Assembly: GCA_965240325.2 (NCBI GenBank)
Contig: OZ260671.1
Coordinates: 1-64,000, forward strand
Reading direction: 5' to 3'
DNA: 64,000 nucleotides
Source: Rebecca billardiae RCC1528
Taxonomy: Eukaryota > Protista > Haptophyta
Part shown: piece after piece, positions 56,587 through 64,000 of the stretch
Layout: every line of letters begins with the position of its first letter
How positions within the stretch are numbered: position 1 is the stretch's first letter
Program-made: the position numbers and the translations under genes
Notes under the pieces: generated by a model
Databases searched by the model: none
What the model was told of the DNA's origin: nothing
The model's input: only the letters and a program-made list of their open reading frames with translations

Positions 56587-56772
56587 ATGATTGCCGCTAT
56601 ACAATTATCAACAAGCATATTAATTTTAGTTTCATTTGTTTTAGTTGTTGGAGTTCCTGTTGTACTTGCAACACCTGGCCAATGGGAAACTTCAAAAGGT
56701 ACTGTTTTTCAAGGTACTGCTTTATGGGCTTTACTAGTTATACTTACAAGTTTTCTAAATTCACAAGCATAA
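56587..56772 (+). CDS. psbZ: Photosystem II protein Z
   Basis: SFVLVVGVPVVLATPGQWETSK. Confidence 0.96.
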   Translation: MIAAIQLSTSILILVSFVLVVGVPVVLATPGQWETSKGTVFQGTALWALLVILTSFLNSQA

Positions 56773-56875
56773 AAAGCACATTTTTTAAGTGAGGAGTAAA
56801 GAAAATTCTCACTTAAAGAAAAAATCTTTATTTATTTTATTTTTTATGTTAATATATTAATTAAATAAAACCAAT

Positions 56876-56949
56876 GGGTTTGTAGTTCAATTGGTTAGAG
56901 CACCGCCCTGTCACGGCGGAAGTTGCGGGTTCGAGTCCCGTCAGACCCG
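56876..56949 (+). tRNA. trnD: tRNA-Asp(GUC)
   Basis: GGGTTTG/CAGACCC acceptor, CCGCC-CTGTCAC-GGCGG. Confidence 0.96.
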
Positions 56950-56983
56950 TATAAGTATTAAAATAAAGATAAAAAAGAAATAA

Positions 56984-57367
56984 ATGATAAATATAAACTT
57001 CGGTTCTAATTTTATTCTTGGTTGTTTTGTGAGTGTAATAGGTATTGCATTATATTCAGTAAGATTCTTAAACCCTAAAGTATCGGAAGAAAAGGATATA
57101 TTTTTCTCAACACTTTTTTTGTTATACAGTGGAATTATTATAATTCATGGCTGGAGGCTAGATCCTATCTTATTTTTTTCGCAGATATTAATAGTTTTCT
57201 TATCAATAAGTTTTTTTAGTGAGAACCTGAGCCTACGCATTCAATTATTAAAACAAAAGAAAAGAAAGGTTATTAAAGCTCAGTATAAGAAAAAGCCAGT
57301 ACCAATTTATGATTATAGCGAAGAAGACGAAGACGACCCAAACGACATTTTTAAGATCTTTAGTTAA
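56984..57367 (+). CDS. ycf66: Ycf66
   Basis: MININFG, LY..R...P.VS...DIFFS..LLYSGII..HGWRLDPIL.FSQ...ENL.LR. Confidence 0.92.
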   Translation: MININFGSNFILGCFVSVIGIALYSVRFLNPKVSEEKDIFFSTLFLLYSGIIIIHGWRLDPILFFSQILIVFLSISFFSENLSLRIQLLKQKKRKVIKAQYKKKPVPIYDYSEEDEDDPNDIFKIFS

Positions 57368-57476
57368 GCTTAAAAATGAGAATTACCCTTTGCTTAAGGA
57401 ATTAATCAGTCATAATAAAATTATGATAAAATACTCTCATCAAAGAAAAATCTAGAAGAAAGTGAGTATTTAATCT

Positions 57477-59957
57477 ATGTTTGAAAGATTCACAGAAAAA
57501 GCGATTAAAGTTATTATGCTAGCGCAAGAGGAATCACGCAGGCTGGGCCATAACTTTGTCGGTACTGAACAAATTTTATTAGGCTTAATTGGTGAAGGGA
57601 CCGGTTTAGCTTTTAAAGTTCTAAACTCAATGGGCGTTACTTTAAAAGATGCCCGCGTAGAAGTTGAAAAAATAATTGGCCGAGGCACGGGTTTTGTTGC
57701 TGTTGAAATACCTTTCACACCACGCGCAAAACGTGTATTAGAGCTTTCATTAGAGGAAGCACGCCAACTAGGTCACAACTACATTGGAACAGAGCACTTA
57801 TTGCTAGGTTTAATCCGAGAAAATGAAGGTGTTGCTGCAAGAGTTTTAGAAAACCTAGGGGTGGTTTTTTTATCAAAACTACGAACACAAGTTATTCGTT
57901 CATTAGGTGAAGCTGCTGAAGTTTCCGTTGGAAGCAGTCAAAGTCGAAGTAAAACACCTACTTTAGAAGAGTTTGGTAGTAACCTAACAGAAAAAGCTGA
58001 AGAAGGTAAGCTAGACCCAGTAGTTGGCCGTGAAAAAGAAATTGAGCGTGTAATTCAAATTTTAGGCAGAAGAACAAAAAACAATCCCATCCTTATCGGT
58101 GAACCTGGTGTTGGAAAAACGTCTATTGCAGAAGGTTTAGCACAAAGAATTATTGCAAGAGACGTACCAGATATTCTTGAAGATAAACGCGTTGTTACCT
58201 TAGATATAGGTTTACTTGTTGCTGGTACTAAATACCGCGGTGAGTTTGAGGAACGCTTAAAGAAAATTATGGAGGAAATTCGTTCAAATAGTAATGTAAT
58301 ATTAGTAATTGACGAAGTACATACATTAATCGGAGCAGGTGCTGCAGAAGGTGCAATCGACGCAGCAAATATTTTAAAGCCTGCACTAGCTCGAGGCGAA
58401 CTACAATGTATCGGAGCAACAACTTTAGAAGAATATCGCAAGCACATTGAAAAAGACGCTGCACTTGAGCGACGTTTTCAACCAGTAATGGTAGGTGAGC
58501 CTAGCGTAGACGAAACAATTGAAATCTTATTCGGATTACGTGAGCGCTATGAAAAGCACCACAAGCTAAAAATCGAAGACGATGCTGTTCGTGCAGCTGC
58601 GAAACTAGGTGATCAGTATATTGCTGACAGATTTTTACCAGATAAGGCGATCGACTTAATAGATGAAGCAGGGTCTAGAGTACGATTATTAAATTCCCAA
58701 CTACCCCCAGCTGCCAAAGAATTAGACAAAGAATTACGCGACATTCTTAAAGAAAAAGATGAGACTGTAAGAAACCAAGATTTCGAAAAAGCTGGCCAAC
58801 TTCGTGACCGCGAAATGGAAATTAAAGCACAAATAAGTTTAATTGCCCAGAATAAAGACGAAGGCGAGCAAACTGTGACAAACCGAGATGATATAAAAGT
58901 AACTGAAGAAGATATTGCTGAAATTGTAGCATCTTGGACAGGGATTCCAGTAAATAAGCTAACTAAGAGTGAATCAGAAAAGCTTATGAACATGGAAGAA
59001 ACATTACACAGCCGAATCATTGGTCAAGACGAGGCTGTAGTTGCTGTTTCACGTGCTATTAGACGAGCTCGAGTAGGTTTAAAGAGCCCGAATCGACCTA
59101 TCGCAAGTTTTATTTTCTCAGGCCCAACAGGTGTTGGTAAGACTGAGTTAACAAAAGCTCTAGCTTCATATTTCTTTGGATCTGTAGAAGCTATGGTACG
59201 ATTAGATATGTCTGAGTATATGGAGCGTCATACAGTTTCAAAGCTTATTGGTTCACCACCTGGTTATGTAGGATACAGTGAAGGGGGGCAATTAACAGAA
59301 GCTGTGCGAAGAAGACCATACAGTGTTGTACTTTTTGACGAGATCGAGAAGGCACACCCAGATGTATTTAACTTACTACTACAAATCTTTGAAGATGGTC
59401 GATTAACAGATTCGAAAGGTCGAACAATCGATTTCAAAAACACATTACTTATCCTAACATCAAACATTGGTTCAAAAGTAATTGAAAAAGGTGGTGGTGG
59501 TTTAGGTTTTGAGTTTTCTGAAGACCAAACAGAATCTCACTACAACCGTATTAAATTACTAGTAAATGAAGAATTAAAGCAATACTTTAGACCTGAGTTC
59601 TTAAACCGTTTAGATGAGATTATAGTATTCCGACAACTAACGAAGGATGAAGTAGGCCAAATTGCAGAAATTATGCTACGTGAAGTTTTTGACCGAATAG
59701 CGAAAAAAGGTATACATTTAGAAGTTACTGAAAAGTTTAAGTCAAGACTTATAGATGAAGGATTTAATCCTAGTTACGGAGCTCGACCATTACGTCGTGC
59801 TGTCCAGCGAATGCTAGAAGATAGCTTAGCAGAAGAAGTATTATCATCACGCGTAGGTGAAGGTGACACAATAGTAATTGATGCAGATGAAAATGGAAAA
59901 GCATTAATTCTAAAGAGTGGCACACAAAATGAAAATGTAAACGAACTTGTTACATAA
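57477..59957 (+). CDS. clpC: Clp protease ATP-binding subunit ClpC
   Basis: [19 protein letters not shown], two AAA modules ([16 protein letters not shown]). Confidence 0.99.
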   Translation: MFERFTEKAIKVIMLAQEESRRLGHNFVGTEQILLGLIGEGTGLAFKVLNSMGVTLKDARVEVEKIIGRGTGFVAVEIPFTPRAKRVLELSLEEARQLGHNYIGTEHLLLGLIRENEGVAARVLENLGVVFLSKLRTQVIRSLGEAAEVSVGSSQSRSKTPTLEEFGSNLTEKAEEGKLDPVVGREKEIERVIQILGRRTKNNPILIGEPGVGKTSIAEGLAQRIIARDVPDILEDKRVVTLDIGLLVAGTKYRGEFEERLKKIMEEIRSNSNVILVIDEVHTLIGAGAAEGAIDAANILKPALARGELQCIGATTLEEYRKHIEKDAALERRFQPVMVGEPSVDETIEILFGLRERYEKHHKLKIEDDAVRAAAKLGDQYIADRFLPDKAIDLIDEAGSRVRLLNSQLPPAAKELDKELRDILKEKDETVRNQDFEKAGQLRDREMEIKAQISLIAQNKDEGEQTVTNRDDIKVTEEDIAEIVASWTGIPVNKLTKSESEKLMNMEETLHSRIIGQDEAVVAVSRAIRRARVGLKSPNRPIASFIFSGPTGVGKTELTKALASYFFGSVEAMVRLDMSEYMERHTVSKLIGSPPGYVGYSEGGQLTEAVRRRPYSVVLFDEIEKAHPDVFNLLLQIFEDGRLTDSKGRTIDFKNTLLILTSNIGSKVIEKGGGGLGFEFSEDQTESHYNRIKLLVNEELKQYFRPEFLNRLDEIIVFRQLTKDEVGQIAEIMLREVFDRIAKKGIHLEVTEKFKSRLIDEGFNPSYGARPLRRAVQRMLEDSLAEEVLSSRVGEGDTIVIDADENGKALILKSGTQNENVNELVT

Positions 59958-59960
59958 AAA

Positions 59961-59992
59961 AAAAAAGGCTGGCCAAAAGGCCAGCCTTTTTT
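59961..59992. terminator. Bidirectional terminator between convergent clpC and petD
   Basis: AAAAAAGGCTGGCC-aaaa-GGCCAGCCTTTTTT GC-rich perfect stem with A/T tails. Confidence 0.88.
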
Positions 59993-60010
59993 ATTTATAT
60001 TGATTATTGG

Positions 60011-60493
60011 TTAAAAGAACCCTAGAGTTAGAGCTTGAGAGATAGGCATAGTTGCCCCGATACCTAACCAAATAGCAACAAAAGTACCAACGATAAATGT
60101 TAGTGAAGCAATAGGTCGGCGGAAAGGGTTTTGGAATTTATTTACGTTCTCTAGGAAAGGAACAGTAATAAGTCCTGCTGGAACAGCTGCCATACTTAGA
60201 ACCCCAAGTAACTTGTTAGGGATAACGCGTAATAAGTTAAATGTAGGGAAGAAGTACCACTCTGGAAGAATTTCTAAAGGTGTAGCAAACGGGCCAGCTT
60301 TTTCACCAAGAGCAGAAGGCTCTAATACTGAAAGGCCAACGATACAAGCGATTGTACCAAGAATAACTACTGGGAAAACGTAAAGTAGGTCATTAGGCCA
60401 TGCTGGCTCACCATAGTAGTTGTGACCCATACCTTTTGCAAGCTTAGCACGAAGCTTAGCATCTGTTAAATCTGGTTTTTTTAAGATAGACAT
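60011..60493 (-). CDS. petD: Cytochrome b6f subunit IV
   Basis: [31 protein letters not shown]. Confidence 0.98.
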   Translation of the reverse strand: MSILKKPDLTDAKLRAKLAKGMGHNYYGEPAWPNDLLYVFPVVILGTIACIVGLSVLEPSALGEKAGPFATPLEILPEWYFFPTFNLLRVIPNKLLGVLSMAAVPAGLITVPFLENVNKFQNPFRRPIASLTFIVGTFVAIWLGIGATMPISQALTLGFF

Positions 60494-60544
60494 AAGAGCT
60501 CCTTATTTAAATTTTATGTTAGGCTATATTTGCATACGCTCAAT

Positions 60545-61192
60545 TTATAGAGGTCCTGAGATACCTTGCTTTCTAATCATAAGGAAGTGCGCAAGCATAA
60601 CAACTGCTGCAAGAGCAGGAAGCACAAAAGTGTGTAAACTGTAGAAACGTGTTAAAGTTGGTTGACCAACAGCAAGACCACCACGAAGAAGTTGTACAAT
60701 AGTTCCACCAACTACTGGAACTGCGTCTGGAACACCCGTTACAATCTTACAAGCCCAGTAACCTACTTGGTCCCAAGGTAGTGAGTAACCAGTTACACCA
60801 AATGATACTGTAAGTACTGCAAGAATAACACCTGTAACCCAAGTAAGCTCACGTGGCTTTTTGAAACCACCAGTTAAGTAAACTCGGAAAACGTGTAATA
60901 ACATAGAAAGTACCATCATACTAGCTGACCAACGGTGAACAGAACGGATTAACCATCCAAAATTTACACTAGTCATTAAGTACTCAACAGAAGCGAATGC
61001 ATCAGTAACCGTAGGACGGTAGTAGAATGTCATTGCGAAACCTGTCGCTACCTGAATAATGAAGCAAACAAAAGTAATACCACCTAAGCAGTAGAAAATG
61101 TTAACGTGCGGGGGAACATATTTGCTTGAAATGTCATCTGCAATAGCTTGAATTTCAAGACGTTCTTCGAACCAATCGTAGACTTTACTCAT
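60545..61192 (-). CDS. petB: Cytochrome b6 (215 aa, ATG at 61192)
   Basis: [13 protein letters not shown], heme His motifs RSVHRW and LHVF, GISGPL. Confidence 0.98.
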   Translation of the reverse strand: MSKVYDWFEERLEIQAIADDISSKYVPPHVNIFYCLGGITFVCFIIQVATGFAMTFYYRPTVTDAFASVEYLMTSVNFGWLIRSVHRWSASMMVLSMLLHVFRVYLTGGFKKPRELTWVTGVILAVLTVSFGVTGYSLPWDQVGYWACKIVTGVPDAVPVVGGTIVQLLRGGLAVGQPTLTRFYSLHTFVLPALAAVVMLAHFLMIRKQGISGPL

Positions 61193-61417
61193 AATAATAT
61201 AATAATTAAATTTAGATGTAGATCTGTATATTTGTAAAAAAAAAGCACTGATAAGCAAATGAAGAAAAAATTCTTCATAAAAGAAATTCTATGTCAGTTA
61301 TTTATACGACAAAATCACCTAAATTAATTATAATTCATAATTAAGGAAAAATAAACTTGGTAAAGCGAAATAGTTTTATACCAGGATTGAATTAATAAAT
61401 AAATTGTAAAAAATAAT

Positions 61418-62413
61418 ATGAATTATTCGTTAAGCCTTCAAAATATTGCCGAGAACACAGCATTTCTATCCTTTATGGTTGGAATGGTGTTCGCGTGGGC
61501 AAGTTTAATATTTGTAAATAATAAATCTATTTTAAAGATTGACTATATCGCTAATATAATCGGCTGTACTACTTTAGCCGGTTTACTTGCGGAACGTTGG
61601 ATAACAGCACACTATTTTCCTATAAGTAACTTATACGAGTCAATGCTTTTTTTAGCATGGGGTCTAAGTTTTGGTAGTTTAGTAATAAGAAGCCAAGTAA
61701 AAACACGATTAATTAGTGCAATTGTAACACCAATTGTAACGTCTATTATAGCTTTTGCTAGCTTAATTCTACCTGAAGAAATGCAGCAACCGATTCCATT
61801 AATTCCAGCCTTAAAATCAAACTGGTTATTGATGCACGTAAGTGTAATGATGGTAAGTTATGCAACTTTATTAATCGGTTGTTTATTTGCGATAGCTTTT
61901 CTAATACTATCACAAGGAAAAGAAGTAATACTTCAAGGAAACTCATTAAATAATGTTGGTAAAAATGAACCGCAACCTGTGATGGTAATGAATTTTCAGG
62001 CGCAATCAACAAGTATAGCGATACCGCCAGAAGAAGAAAATGAAAATAGAAAAATACCAAACGAACTAAATGGGGCTGGAAATACAAAATTAATAAACCT
62101 ACTAGAAAGTTTTGATAACATAAGCTATCGATTTATTGGCTTAGGATTTCCATTTTTAACATTAGGAATTATTTCTGGTGCAGTTTGGGCAAACCAAGCC
62201 TGGGGATCTTACTGGAGCTGGGACCCGAAAGAAACATGGGCTTTAATAGCATGGCTTGTTTTTGCAACATATTTACACACTCGTATAAGCAAATCTTGGC
62301 AAGGGCGTAAACCTGCATATATTGCAACTCTAGGGTTTATTACAGTTTGGATTTGCTATTTAGGTGTAAATTTCCTGGGTAAAGGTTTACATAGCTACGG
62401 ATGGGTTTTATAA
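61418..62413 (+). CDS. ccsA: Cytochrome c biogenesis protein CcsA
   Basis: PISNLYES, LKSNWLLMHV, WANQAWGSYWSWDPKETW, GLHSYG. Confidence 0.97.
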   Translation: MNYSLSLQNIAENTAFLSFMVGMVFAWASLIFVNNKSILKIDYIANIIGCTTLAGLLAERWITAHYFPISNLYESMLFLAWGLSFGSLVIRSQVKTRLISAIVTPIVTSIIAFASLILPEEMQQPIPLIPALKSNWLLMHVSVMMVSYATLLIGCLFAIAFLILSQGKEVILQGNSLNNVGKNEPQPVMVMNFQAQSTSIAIPPEEENENRKIPNELNGAGNTKLINLLESFDNISYRFIGLGFPFLTLGIISGAVWANQAWGSYWSWDPKETWALIAWLVFATYLHTRISKSWQGRKPAYIATLGFITVWICYLGVNFLGKGLHSYGWVL

Positions 62414-62558
62414 GTAAAAAAAGCTGGTCTTACTAAAAAAGGTTAAAAATTAGTTATAATAATTGAAAGATTTCTCTTAAAAATTAAAGAATTAAATATT
62501 TTAGAACCTTATAAATTTAATTTTTTAAAAGCCCTAATTTTCTGAATAAAAAAAAACT

Positions 62559-63053
62559 ATGTCAAAAAAACACTACTTCGGTTTTATATTAGGCCTATGC
62601 GTTTCTTTCTTAAGTTACTCAACGCAACCAGCGCAAGCTGTAGAGTTAGATGAAGATATTAGAACAGTACCTCTAAACGCAAAAGGGGCAACTACTGTTT
62701 TAAGTAATGAGCAAGTTAAGCGTGGAAAGCGACTTTTCAACACTACTTGTGCAACATGTCACAACGGTGGAATTACTCGAACAAACCCTAACGTAGGTCT
62801 AGACCCTGAAGCATTAAGTTTCGCTACGCCTTCACGTGATAATATTGAAGCGCTTGTTAGTTACATGAAATCTCCAACAACTTATGACGGGTTAGAATCA
62901 ATTTCAGAGACTCACCCAAGTATTCAAAGTGCGGACATTTTCCCTAAGATGAGAACTTTAACTGACGAAGACCTTTTCGCTATTTCTGGACACATTCTAC
63001 TACAACCTAAGGTAGTTTCTGAGAAATGGGGTGGAGGAAAAATCTACTATTAA
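62559..63053 (+). CDS. psbV: Cytochrome c550
   Basis: Signal peptide, CATCH heme motif, PTTYDG, KWGGGKIYY. Confidence 0.98.
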   Translation: MSKKHYFGFILGLCVSFLSYSTQPAQAVELDEDIRTVPLNAKGATTVLSNEQVKRGKRLFNTTCATCHNGGITRTNPNVGLDPEALSFATPSRDNIEALVSYMKSPTTYDGLESISETHPSIQSADIFPKMRTLTDEDLFAISGHILLQPKVVSEKWGGGKIYY

Positions 63054-63212
63054 AACGTTGAAATTAACGTAAGCTAAGCCATTTTATTATAAAAAAAATG
63101 ATAAAATGGCATTAGGCTATCTATAGCACTACGGCCAATAAAGGAACTATATATATTACAAAAGAATAAAATTTGCCAGGAAATAAAAATTTTGCTAAAA
63201 TTCTGACATATC

Positions 63213-63219
63213 TGCGGGA

Positions 63220-63257
<38 letters not shown>

Positions 63258-63286
63258 AGTCAATGGTTCAAATCCATTTCCCGCTA
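63213..63286 (+). tRNA. trnfM: Initiator tRNA-fMet(CAU)
   Basis: 1:72 mismatch, three consecutive G-C pairs in TCGGG-CTCATAA-CCCGA. Confidence 0.94.
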
Positions 63287-63437
63287 ATTAGTTGTATTTT
63301 ACTAGGTATTATTTTACATAATGAAAGAATTTGGTTTGAATGAAAAGCAAAATTTAAATTTTTATACTTATGAAATATAGTTTAAATAGAAAAATTTAAC
63401 TATACTTAAAATAATAAGTAAAACAATTTAAAAAGTA

Positions 63438-64000
63438 ATGACCTCAGAAACATATGAAACGTTATCTAATGACGTAGAAATGTCTTTTTCCGAACACGTT
63501 GAAGAATTTCGACAGAGGCTGTTTTTTTCGTTCGCCATGTACGTCGTAATATCTCTAGGGTGTTTCTATTTTTTAAATAGCATCGTAGATATTGTAAAAA
63601 GCCCTGCTGTTGGAGTAAAATTCTTCCAATTTGCACCGGGAGAGTACTTTTTTACTTCTATAAAATTAGTGCTATATTGCGGTCTTGTGCTAAGTAGCCC
63701 TTTATTTATTTACCAAATTGTGCTATTTTTAATACCTGGTATGACTTACCAGGAGCAGAAGATCTTAATTCCCGTTCTTTTAGCATCGTACGTATTATTT
63801 GGATTTGGTTTAATATTTTCTTATAAACTATTAATACCGAGTGCACTAAAATTCTTCTTACAATATGGAGCAAATGTTGTTGACCCGTTATGGTCGTTTG
63901 AACAATATTTTGAATTTTTTTCTTTTTTAGCATTTACTTGTGGGTTAGGTTTTCAAATCCCTATTGTTCAACTTATACTTTGCCTAACGAACGTTATTAA
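63438..64000 (+). CDS. tatC: Twin-arginine translocase TatC (ycf43), 5' part (runs off window end)
   Basis: Manual translation MTSETYETLSNDVEMSFSEHVEEFRQRL...FFQFAPGEYFF...YQIVLFLIPGMT..EQ...PLWSFEQYF. Confidence 0.93.
   Translation, partial: MTSETYETLSNDVEMSFSEHVEEFRQRLFFSFAMYVVISLGCFYFLNSIVDIVKSPAVGVKFFQFAPGEYFFTSIKLVLYCGLVLSSPLFIYQIVLFLIPGMTYQEQKILIPVLLASYVLFGFGLIFSYKLLIPSALKFFLQYGANVVDPLWSFEQYFEFFSFLAFTCGLGFQIPIVQLILCLTNVI

Noticed and set aside
60290-60300. petD EKAGPF instead of the usual A[ND]PF
   Set aside because: A single substitution in a lumenal loop with PEWY intact; it cannot be distinguished from neutral change or a base error.
61193-61258. 22-aa N-terminal extension of petB
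   Set aside because: The canonical MSKVYDW begins at ATG 61192; the extension is AT-rich UTR with a TTG start.

Overview
This window is part of a compact, AT-rich, intron-free plastid genome of the red-algal lineage, read with the standard bacterial/plastid genetic code. It runs from the 5' part of psaA to the 5' part of tatC and contains about 75 protein genes, 16 tRNAs and a tmRNA. No rRNA, IS element, intron or CRISPR array was seen. The bacterial-type (Zn-free) rpl36 points to a haptophyte or cryptophyte plastid. The missing rpl13, rpl35, sufC, minE and tsf at their usual positions, secY placed next to the atp cluster, and the SecY, SecA and tmRNA-tag sequences best fit a Pavlovophyceae-like haptophyte. 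That placement is an inference from recalled sequences, not a database search. The most notable observations are: (1) a 52-nt tRNA-like element just downstream of cbbX, with a perfect acceptor stem and T-arm, no anticodon arm, and an acceptor resembling this genome's tRNA-His; (2) an intact contiguous chlL-chlN-chlB (dark protochlorophyllide reductase) cluster in an apparently haptophyte plastid; (3) an orphan 122-aa ORF head-to-head with chlL; (4) retention of rpoZ, ycf66 and secG; (5) an L33 that has lost its Zn ligands. Many small genes below were translated by hand because they fall under the ORF-track cutoff.
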